DNA of 64,000 nt from Eledone cirrhosa (Eukaryota), in contig OZ024763.1 in NCBI GenBank assembly GCA_964016885.1, forward strand, positions 11,594,001 to 11,658,000, written 5' to 3'. Below, in pieces: positions 27,786-38,700 of this stretch. The translations under genes were made by a program, and so were the position numbers. The notes beneath the pieces were generated by a model that was not told the DNA's origin, did no database searches, and saw nothing but the letters and a program-made list of their open reading frames with translations. Numbering within the stretch: position 1 is the stretch's first letter; each line of letters starts with the position of its first letter.

Positions 27786-27860
27786 TTTCCTGATGAAAGA
27801 CTCGTGTCCGAAACGTAAAGACTCCTTTCCTACTATGTCAAGCGTTAAACTAATTTATAT
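27786..27860 (+). ncRNA. Minimal hammerhead ribozyme motif with intact core, plus family tail
   Basis: UUUC-CUGAUGA-A-(A)GAC-UCGU-GUC(C)-GAAAC-GUA; homologous to 49641-49710 and 57540-57657. Confidence 0.65.
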
Positions 27861-27869
27861 CACAATGTC

Positions 27870-28352
27870 ACAAAGGGGGACATAATAGGACACGAAGGAT
27901 GACATAGAGGTTAAAAAGTAGGTCACAAAAGAAAGTCATAAAGTAGCTCATATATCATGAGCAGACATAAATAGAAGTCATAAAGTAAGACATCGGGTTA
28001 AGTCGTAAGGGTTCTCATAAAGAACGGTTTGAAAAGGTGTCATAAAGGAGGTCATAAATTAGAGTATTATGAGCAGTCACAATGTAGGACATCAAGTGAA
28101 GTCATAAAGGACGTCATAAATATGGAAATCAAGGGGAATCATAAGGGAGGTCATAAAGTACGGTTACAAAATATGTCACAAAGGAGGTCATAAAGTGTGT
28201 CATAAAGGAGGTCATAAAGTGACTCATAAAGAAGTGTTATAGAGAAGGTCATTAGGAGGCCATAAATGAGGTGAGAAGGGAGGTCATAAAAGGGTTATAA
28301 AGGAATTCCTAAGACGGGATATAAAAGAGGTCAAGAAGGTATTAAAGGGTGT
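27870..28352. repeat. Old degenerate ~12/24-bp tandem repeat built on GGTCATAAAG
   Basis: Many GTCATAAA/GTCACAAA variants at regular spacing. Confidence 0.8.
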
Positions 28353-28570
28353 CAGTCATAAAGAGATGAACTGAATGTGATTATGGCGGCGGCGTAGATA
28401 ATAATGTTGCTGACTGGTGGGGGAGGAAACGTAAACGATACTCAAGAGGTAGCAAGAGGGGGGTAGGGATAAAATAAAACGTAGGGAGAGGGGGAAATAA
28501 GAGAGAGAGGTTAGAGAGGTTAAAAATTGACAAAAAGGCACACACACACACACACACACATACAAATCAC

Positions 28571-28601
<31 letters not shown>

Positions 28602-28604
28602 ATC

Positions 28605-28640
<36 letters not shown>

Positions 28641-28649
28641 ACAAATCAC

Positions 28650-28680
<31 letters not shown>

Positions 28681-28683
28681 ATC

Positions 28684-28716
<33 letters not shown>

Positions 28717-29609
28717 GTATGTATATGTACATACATATATGTTTACAGGCGTACAGTAGTATGTATAAACATACATACATGCACACACATATATATATAT
28801 ATATATATATGTATGGGTTTACCGAACATTTATTATATATATATAACAGTGTATAACTTGAAAGTAATGAGCAATGTGACAAAGTATTATGATATATCTA
28901 ACTGTATTATGTGAGAGAGAGAAACAAAGGGAGGGAGTGAAAGAGATAAAAGTGTATTATGTAAATATATGTGAGAGAGGGGGGGAGGGGTAGAAGATGG
29001 CGGGAGTGAGAGAGGGGGGAGGGAGTGAGAAAGATAAAAGTGTATTATGTAAATATATGCTATCTAATCAAAACATCACCAAAGAAGCTGTACTTTCACT
29101 TTCCCTCAGTTGTAAAATTAATATGGAAGGATTATCGGATCATACTCTTCTAATTTCACCAACTCAGCCGTCCATTTTAAAACATGTTTTACCTTATTAC
29201 TCAATCATTATTTTCTTTTTCTCTTCTTCTTCTTCTTCTTTTTCTTTTTCTCTTCTTTTTCTTTTTTCTTTATCGCTTTCCATACGCCCCCCCCCCCCCT
29301 CCCCCCATCCTTGCCTTCATTCGATTTTTTTTTCTTTTCTATTTTTTTTTATATTATCGCATGTTTAGTTGTTATTTATTACGAATTATTTATTAAGTTA
29401 TTTTCTGTGTCTTGTATTTCATTTTTGTTGTATTTTTGGCGGGGTGGCGGTTATGGGAGGCGGCGTATTTTTTGGAATTTCCTGGGGTTTTTTTGGTTGG
29501 GGTGCGGTGGGGTGGGGGGGGAATATCTTGTTCAAATTCATGCAATTAGTTGATAAAATTTACTGCAAAGATGTCAGCTGCACAAATGGTTGGAGTTGGT
29601 TGTTATCTA

Positions 29610-30570
29610 TTATGTGGTGGTGGGGATGTTGGTGATAGCGTTGGTGGTGGTGGTATGGGTGGCGGTGGTGGTGGTGGGGATGTTGGGGATGTTGGTGGTG
29701 ATGGTGGCGGTGGTGGTTGGGGTATTGGTGGTGGTGGTGGTGGGGATGTTGGTGATAGCGTTGGTGGTGGTGGTATTGGTGGTGGGGATGGTATTGGTGG
29801 TGATGGTGGTGGTGGGGATGTTGGTGATAGCGTTGGTGGTGATGGTGGGGATGTTGGTGATGGTATTGGTGGTGATGGTGTTGATAGTAGTGGTGTTGGT
29901 GGGGATTCTCTTGGTGGTATTGGTGGTGGTGATGATTGTGGTTGTGATGATGGTGTTGGTGGTGGTGCTGTGGGGTATTAGTGGTGGTGTTGGTGGTATT
30001 GGTGGTGGTGGTCGTGGTGGCAGTGATTGCGGTGAAAGTGGTAGTGATGATCGTGGTAGTGGTTGTGATGATGGTGGTGGTGGTTGTGGGGTGGTGGTGA
30101 TGTTAGTGGTGTTGATGATGGTGGTGGTGCTGGAGATAGTTATGTAGTATGTGTTCGGTGGTGGAGGAGGTTGTGGTGGTGCTAGTGGTGGTTGTCGGGG
30201 TGTGTGTGGTGTTAGTGTTGGTGAAGGTGGTGCTGTGATGGGGGTGTTGGTAGTGGTGGTTGAGGTAATGGTGGCGTTGGTGATGGTGGTGATAGTGATG
30301 AGGGTGGTGGCAGTGGTGATTGTGGTAATGGTGCCGTTGGTTATGGTAGTGGTGGTAGTGTCCGTGGTGGTGGTGTTGGTGAAGGCGGTGCTGTGATGAG
30401 GGTGGTGGCAGTGGTGGTTGTGGTGATGTTGGCATTGGTGATGGTGTTGGTTGTGGTAGTGACGGTGGTTGTGGTGATGTTGGTGGTGGTGGTGGTAGTG
30501 GTGTTGTGGCGATGTTGGCATTGGTGATGGTGTTGGTTGTGGTATCGGTGGTGGTGGTGGTGGTAATGTT
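29610..30570. repeat. Degenerate (GGT)n tract
   Basis: Visible. Confidence 0.9.
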
Positions 30571-30864
30571 TGCGGGTACAGCAGTGTTGTAGTTTTTGTT
30601 GATTATTTTAAATCTAATATAAGAACCATTGGCAGTGTCTTTCATTTGAAATATGGTAACGAAGTGGTTAAAAAATAGCCCAACTATTTCTGTTTTGTTT
30701 TTTACAACTGATCAGTGCGCGCCGCGACGCTCCGCTGTGGTACAGCTGAAAACATCTGCCGCGTGTCACTCCCATCAAGACACTTGTTAAATAATTAATG
30801 TAAACAGCTAAAAACCTGTCGTAATAAAAATGTCATCGCTAATAAGGCAATAGCTAATAAATTA

Positions 30865-31443
30865 TCTTCTTCTTCTTCTTCGCCTTCTTCTTCGCCTTCT
30901 TCTTCGCCTTCTTCGCCTTCTTCTTCTTCGCCTTCTTCTTCGCCTTCGCCTTCTTCTTCGCCTTCTTCTTCTTCGCCTTCTTCTTCTTCTTCGCCTTCTT
31001 CTTCTTCGCCTTCTTCTTCTTCGCCTTCTTCTTCTTCGCCTTCTTCTTCTTCTTCTTCTTCTTCGCCTTCTTCTTCGCCTTCTTCTTCGCCTTCTTCTTC
31101 GCCTTCTTCGCCTTCTTCTTCTTCTTCTTCTTCTTCTTCTTCTTCTTCTTCTTCTTCTTCGCCTTCTTCTTCGCCTTCATCTTCTTCGCCTTCTTCGCCT
31201 TCATCTTCTTCGCCTTCTTCGCCTTCTTCGCCTTCTTCTTCTTCTTCTTCTTCTTCGCCTTCTTCGCCTTGTTCTTCGCCTTCTTCTTCGCCTTCTTCTT
31301 CGCCTTCTTCGCCTTCTTCTTCGCCTTCTTCTTCTTCTCCTTCTTCTTCGCCTTCTTCTTCTTCTTCGCCTTCTTCTTCTTCGCCTTCTTCTTCTTCGCC
31401 TTCTTCTTCTTCTTCGCCTTCTTCTTCTTCTTCGCCTTCTTCT
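30865..31443. repeat. (CTT)n/CGC compound triplet repeat
   Basis: Visible; source of the poly-E/G and poly-K/A ORFs. Confidence 0.95.
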
Positions 31444-31540
31444 AATATATCTCTCTCAGTCCCTGACAAAATCAATGACAGGAAGTTCGCTGTCAACTGT
31501 CATGTGACTGCGAAAATCAATTACTGATCAAGAAAGCCAT

Positions 31541-31587
31541 AACCGAAATCTGACGAAGGAAAGAAATCTCTGAAGGTGTCAATGGTT
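31541..31587 (+). ncRNA. Possible decayed hammerhead motif
   Basis: AACC..-CUGACGA-AGGA..UCUCU-GAAG-GU-GUC-AAUGGUU; followed by palindrome ACCCACGCGTGGGT and a (TA)/(GT) tract. Confidence 0.3.
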
Positions 31588-31686
31588 GACTATCGTGGAT
31601 CCTTTCGATGTACCCACGCGTGGGTCCTGGAAAGATTAACCCTAAATAGGGCTCTACCAATATATATATGTGTGTGCATGTGTTTA

Positions 31687-31724
<38 letters not shown>

Positions 31725-32289
31725 CGCACACATATTTGTAAACTAATCCTTTCCTATTAGAAAAGGAATATTCCAAAGGACTCTCTCTTCTTCTTCTTCT
31801 CTCTTTCTTTCCCTTTGCTACATGTCGGGCGATACTGGACTCGGGTACAAATGTTATCCACCATATTTTGTATAGGGTACTCTACAAATAAGAAACTCTT
31901 CAGTACTCTACAAATAAGAAAACTCAAAACACAGCTGCAGACAGTGCACGGATTTGGTAGAGGATTTGATGAGGGACAGATAAGTAAGATTTTTTTTGTA
32001 ATAGTGCCGGTGGTATTAGTGTTGTTGTTGGTGGGGGTGGTGATGGTATTGGTGGTGGTGGTAGTTGCAAGACTGGTGATAGTGATGGCGGTGGAGGTTG
32101 TAGTAGTTGGGAAAAGACTGATGTAACATTTATGCTGACAGGCAAAACTTCCAAGACAATAATACTGGTGGTGGTGGTGGTGGTATCCAATACTACTACT
32201 ATTACTACTACTACTACTACGTCTTTTAAAACAACCACAAATACTACCACCTCTACTACAACTATTACCACCTATCTCTACTACTAGTC

Positions 32290-33545
32290 ACACATGCACA
32301 CACACATACAGATATATACCCAGACACACACACACACACACACACTGTAGTGGTCAAACAGTTGATTAAGGGTGTGGTCAGTTTTATCCAACAGATTCAT
32401 CAAATGCGCATACATGCACACACACACGCATACATACACACACACATATATATATATATGCATACATACACATATACACATGTGTATATATATTTCATAC
32501 ATATGCATACATACACACACATATATATATATACGCACATATACATACACATATATACAGACGTACATAATTATGCTCACATACACAAACACATGTACAC
32601 ACACACATGCATACACATACACACAAAAGAGACACACGTACACATACCTACACACATACATATATATACATACACACGCAGACATATATTCATATATATA
32701 AACCCATATATATACACAAGCATATATATATATCTACACACACACACACACACAGATATATATGTATACACACACACACACTGAGATATATATGTATACA
32801 CACACACACTGAGATATATGTGTACACACACACACACTGAGATATATATGTATACACACACACACACTGAGATATATATATGTACACACACACACACTGA
32901 GATATATATATGTATACACACACACTGAGATATATATGTACACACAATCACACACTGAGATATATATGTACACACACACATATACACACACACACTGAGA
33001 TATATATATGTACACACACACACAGTGTCATGAAGGACATTGATGACAAACTGGGCGTTGCAAGACATTGAAAATTAGAGTTGTTGTGTGGTGGTGGCGG
33101 TGTGGTGGTGGTGGTGTGGTGTGGTGGTGTGGTGTGGTGGTGTGGTGGTGGTGTGGTGTGGTGGTGGTGTGGTGTGGTGGTGGCGGTGTGGTGGTGGTGG
33201 TGTGGTGTGGTGGTGGTGGTGTGGTGTGGTGGTGTGGTGTGGTGGTGTGGTGTGGTGTGGTGGTGTGGTGGTGGTGGTGTGGTGGTGGTGGTGGTGGTGG
33301 TGTGGTGGTGTGGTGGTGGTGGTGGTGTGGTGTGGTGTGGTGTGGTGGTGGTGGTGTGGTGTGGTGTGGTGGTGTGGTGTGGTGTGGTGGTGGTGGTGGT
33401 GTGGTGGTGTGGTGTGGTGGTGGTGGTGGTGGTGGTTGTGGTGTGGTGGTGTGGTGGTGTGGTGGGGTGGTGGTGGTGGGGTGGTGTGGTGGTGTGGTGG
33501 TGTGGTGGTGTGGTGGTGTGGTGGTGTGGTGGTGGCGGTGGTGGC
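32290..33545. repeat. (CA)/(TA) microsatellite with CTGAGA-punctuated units, then a (GTG/GTGTG)n tract from 33085
   Basis: Visible. Confidence 0.9.
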
Positions 33546-33839
33546 GGTATCGATATTTGTTGTGGCCATATTAGTGTTTTTGGTGGTGGCGGCAGTGGTT
33601 AGAGGTAATGGTGGTGATGGTGATTGTTTTGGAGGCGGAGTGTGATGATTGGGGGTGTAGGGGTGTTGTTGTCGTTGTTGACCCCCCCCCCCGCCCTCTT
33701 TATATTCAAATTAAACTTTATTTCTTCCCTTCCTGGTTTAGACACCCCCCCACCGCCACCCCTCGGATAGTAGACTTAATTTGTTGTTTTCACCCACGAT
33801 CTTTCCGTCAACACACCGCCCTTCCTCCAATCCCTACTC

Positions 33840-34540
33840 TCAATACATTAACTCAACTCACAACCCTTCACTCAACCCACGACACTTCACTCATCTCGCG
33901 ACCCTTCATTCAACCCACGACCCTTCATTCAACTCGCGACCCTTCACTCAACCCACGACCCTTCATTCAACTAGCGACCCTTCACTCAACTCGCGATCAT
34001 TCTCTCAACCTACGACCCTTCACTCAACCCACTACCCTTCACTCAACCCACTACCCTTCACTCAACCCACGACACTTCACTCAACCCACGACACTTCACT
34101 CAACCCACGACACTTCACTCAGTCCATTAACTCAATCTTTCACTCTTCACTCAACCCACGACCCATCCTCCAATCCCCTACCTCAATCCGTTAACTAATT
34201 CCACGACGCTTCACTCAATTCGTTATCTCAATCTTCCACCCTTCACTCAACCCACGACCCTTCACTCCATCCGTTAACTCAGTTCTCGATATTTCACTCA
34301 ATCTTCCACCCCTCACTCAACCCACAACCCTTTACTCCATCCGTTAACTCAGTTCTCGATCTTCCACCCTTCACTCAACCCACGACCCTTCACTCCATCC
34401 GTTAACTCAGTTCTCGATATTTCACTCAATCTTCCACCCCTCACTCAACCCACGACCCTTCACTCCATCCGTTAACTCAGTTCTCGATCTTTCACTCAAT
34501 CTTCCACCCCTCACTCAATCCGTTAACTCAGTTCTCGTTC
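33840..34540. repeat. 19-bp minisatellite (CCCTTCACTCAACCCACGA) grading into a ~68-bp composite unit
   Basis: Visible; later units add TCCATCCGTTAACTCAGTTCTCGAT. Confidence 0.9.
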
Positions 34541-34797
34541 CTTCTTTCTGCGTTTTGTGAGGGGAAGGGCCCGGATGGATTAACATCTGTTTTAGAGAGA
34601 GAAAGAGTAAGAGAAGGGGAGAGAGTAAGTGAGTGAGTTAGGGAGAAAGAGGAGGGATTTAACTGCTTTTCTTAACAGATCAAGATAACGACGTTAATCA
34701 TAACTCTCTAGATTTCTCCTCAGATCGAAAGTGGTGGGGGGGGGGAATGATGAGGGACATATCGATGAGGTTGTAGATTGTGGGTTACCAGGTTATA

Positions 34798-34915
34798 GGT
34801 TACGTGATTGGCGGGGGCGGGAGCAGGGCGAGATAGGGCGCGGAGGGGCAGGACGAGATAGGGCGGAGGGGCTAGGACAAGGGGGGGGTTAGGGGGGGGC
34901 CGGCTGGGTTAGGGT
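34798..34915. promoter_or_regulatory. Promoter-like GC-rich motif cluster (reverse CCAAT, GC boxes, E2F-like)
   Basis: TACGTG-ATTGG-CGGGGGCGGGA, GGGCGCGG and GGGCGGAG within 80 bp; no linked exon found. Confidence 0.3.
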
Positions 34916-35339
34916 GGTTGGTTTTGGTTTCGTTTGTAATATAAATTGTTTGGCAAATCTTAACACCATGTTTTTACTGGCCACTCTGGCGTGTTATTGT
35001 AGTGTGTTCCTTGCTGGTTGTACAAGTTATTTCAACAACAACATCTACATCAACAACAACATCAACAACAATAACTAATAATAACAACAATAATAATGAT
35101 AACAATAACAATAATAAATATCTTGAAGAAAAAAATTGACTTTTGTGTTAACTGGACGGGATATAATATATATAATATGTTTGGCAACATAACACGTTCT
35201 GGAATGGGGTGGTCTAAGGTAGGTTGTGGTGGTGTGTGGTGGAGGAGTCGTGGGCTGTGGTATGGTGTGGTGTGGTGTATTTGGCATGTTACATTGTTAC
35301 AGCTATCAAACTATAACTAAATTGATGTTTCAGCGTATG

Positions 35340-35630
35340 TGTGTATTTGCGTGTGTGTATTTGCGTGTGTATGTATCTGTGTGTATTTGCGTGTGTATGT
35401 ATCTGTGTGTATTTGCGTGTGTATGTATCTGTGTGTATTTGCGTGTGTATGTGTCTGTGTGTATTTGCGTGTGTATGTATCTGTGTGTATTTGCGTGTGT
35501 GTGTATTTGCGTGTGTATGTATCTGTGTGTATTTGCGTATGTATGTATCTGTGTGTATTTGCGTGTGTATGTATCTGTGTGTATTTGCGTGTGTGTGTAT
35601 CTGTGTGTATTTGCGTGTGTGTGTATGTAT
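35340..35630. repeat. 26-bp GT-derived minisatellite (GTATTTGCGTGTGTATGTATCTGTGT)
   Basis: Visible. Confidence 0.9.
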
Positions 35631-35744
35631 GTATGTGTGTTTGTGGAAGTGGCGCTGCTGAAGTGGTTGTGTTGATGCTGCTGATGCTGAATATACCAAG
35701 ATTTAAAAAAACGCTGGCTTTAAACATGGAACGAATGTTGGGGG

Positions 35745-38700
35745 AATTAACCTTCGTAGCAGGAGGAGTGTTATGGTCCTGGCCTTCACTGGAGGAGGAT
35801 GGTTAAGACACTGGCCTTCATAGCTGCATGAATGCTAAGACACTGGCCTTCATAAGTGGATGACTGTTAATACACTGGCCTTCATAGGGGAGGACTGTTA
35901 AGACCCTGGCCTTCATATGTGGGTAACTGTTACGAGACAGGGCTTCATAGGTGGAGGACTATTAAGACACTGGACTTCATAGGTGGAGGTCTGTTGAGGC
36001 ACTGGCCTTCATGGGGGAAGGAATGTTAAGATACTGGCCTTCATAGGTGGACTGTTAAGACACTGACTTTCATAGATGGATGAATGCTAAGTCCCTGGCC
36101 TTCATAGGTGGAGGAATGTTAAGGCGCTGGTCTTCATAGGTGAAGGACTGTTAAGATACTGGCCTTCATAGCTGGAAACTGTCAAAACACAGGCATTTAT
36201 AGGTGGAGAAAGGATACCACACAGGCCATCATAGTTTTATGACTGTTAAAATACTGGCCTTAATAGGTGGAAGACTGTTAAAACACACGCCTTCATATGT
36301 GAAGGACTGTTAAGACATTGGCCTTAATAGATTGAAGACTGTAAAGACACTGGCCTTCCTAGGTTGAGGAATGTTAAAAGACTAGCCTTCATAGGTGGAG
36401 GAAGGTTAAAAGACTGGCCTTTATAGGTGTAAGACAGTTAAGGCACTGGCCTTCATAGGTAGATGGCTGGTAAGACACTGGCCTTCATAGGTGGATGATT
36501 GTTAAGACACTGGCCTTCATAGGTCGATGACTGTTAAGACACTGACTTTCATAGTTGGAGGAATGCTACTTCACCAGCCTTCATAGGTGGGGGACTGTTA
36601 AGACACTGGCCTTCAAGGGTGGAGGAATGTTATGAAACTAGCCTTCATATGTGGTGGATTGTTAAAACACAAGCATTCATAGGTGGGAAAATGATACGAC
36701 ACTGGCCTTCATAGGTTTATGACTGTTAAGACACTGAACTTCATAGGTGGAGGAATGTTTAGACACTGGCCTTCACAGGTGGAGGACTGTTAAGACACTG
36801 TCATTCACAAGTGGAGGACTGTTAAGACACTGGCCTTCACAGGTGGAGGACTGTTAAGGTACTGGCCTTCACAGGTGGAGGACTGTTAAGACACTGGCCT
36901 TTACAGGTGGAGGACTGTTAAGACACTGGCCTTCACAGGTGGAGGACTGTTAAGACACTGGCCTTCACGGGTAAAGGACTGTTAAGACACTGGCCTTCAC
37001 GGGTGAAGGACTGTTAAGACACTGGCCTTCACGGGTGGAGGACTGTTAAGACACTGGCCTTCACAGGTGGAGGACTGTTAAGACACTGGCCTTCACAGGT
37101 GGAGGACTGTTAAGACACTGGCCTTCACGGGTGGAGGACTGTTAAGACACTGGCCTTCACAGGTGGAGGACTGTTAAGACACTGGCCTTCACGGGTGGAG
37201 GACTGTTAAGACACTGGCCTTCACAGGTGGAGGACTGTTAAGGTACTGGCCTTCACGGGTGGAGGACTGTTAAGACACTGGCCTTCACAGGTGGAGGACT
37301 GTTAAGGTACTGGCCTTAACAGGTGGCGGACTGTTAAGACACTGGCCTTCACAGGTGGAGGACTGTTAAGGTACTGGCCTTAACAGGTGGAGGACTGTTA
37401 AGACACTGGCCTTCACGGGTGGAGGACTGTTAAGACACTGGCCTTCACAGGTGGAGGACTGTTAAGACACTGGCCTTCACAGGTGGAGGACTGTTAAGAC
37501 ACTGGCCTTCACAGGTGGAGGACTGTTAAGACACTGGCCTTCACGGGTGGAGGACTGTTAAGACACTGGCCTTCACAGGTGGAGGACTGTTAAGACACTG
37601 GCCTTCACGGGTGGAGGACTGTTAAGACACTGGCCTTCACAGGTGGAGGACTGTTAAGACACTGGCCTTCACAGGTGGAGGACTGTTAAGACACTGGCCT
37701 TCACAGGTGGAGGACTGTTAAGACACTGGCCTTCACGGGTGGAGGAATGGTAAGACACTGGCCTTCACGGGTGGAGGACTGTTAAGGTACTGGCCTTAAC
37801 AGGTGGAGGACTGTTAAGACACTGGCCTTCACGGGTGGAGGACTGTTAAGACACTGGCCTTCACAGGTGGAGGACTGTTAAGGTACTGGCCTTAACAGGT
37901 GGAGGACTGTTAAGACACTGGCCTTCACGGGTGGAGGACTGTTAAGACACTGGCCTTCACGGGTGGAGGACTGTTAAGACACTGGCCTTCACAGGTGGAG
38001 GACTGTTAAGACACTGGCCTTCACGGGTGGAGGACTGTTAAGACACTGGCCTTCACAGGTGGAGGACTGTTAAGACACTGGCCTTCACGGGTGGAGGACT
38101 GTTAAGACACTGGCCTTCACAGGTGGAGGACTGTTAAGACACTGGCCTTCACAGGTGGAGGACTGTTAAGACACTGGCCTTCACAGGTGGAGGACTGTTA
38201 AGACACTGGCCTTCACGGGTGGAGGACTGTTAAGACACTGGCCTTCACGGGTGGAGGACTGTTAAGACACTGGCCTTCACAGGTGGAGGACTGTTAAGAC
38301 ACTGGCCTTCACGGGTGGAGGATTGTTAAGACACTGGCCTTCACAGGTGGAGGACTGTTAAGACACTGGCCTTCACGGGTGGAGGACTGTTAAGGTACTG
38401 GCCTTAACAGGTGGAGGACTGTTAAGACACTGGCCTTCACAGGTGGAGGACTGTTAAGGTACTGGCCTTAACAGGTGGAGGACTGTTAAGACACTGGCCT
38501 TCACGGGTGGAGGACTGTTAAGGTACTGGCCTTAACAGGTGGAGGACTGTTAAGACACTGGCCTTCACAGGTGGAGGACTGTTAAGGTACTGGCCTTAAC
38601 AGGTGGAGGACTGTTAAGACACTGGCCTTCACAGGTGGAGGACTGTTAAGACACTGGCCTTCACAGGTGGAGGACTGTTAAGACACTGGCCTTCACGGGT

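Noticed and set aside
29110-29200. Plus-strand exon after TTTCACTTTCCCTCAG
   Set aside because: No donor, no recognisable peptide, runs into low complexity
30795-31496. Poly-Glu/Gly or Lys/Ala (histone H1-like) ORFs
   Set aside because: Translation of a (CTT/CGC) microsatellite
31904-31983. AG..GTAAGA-bounded candidate exon
   Set aside because: Peptide unrecognised, starts within a local 19-bp duplication, no partner exons
34885-34915. TTAGGG telomeric seeds
   Set aside because: Only two isolated copies in G-rich sequence
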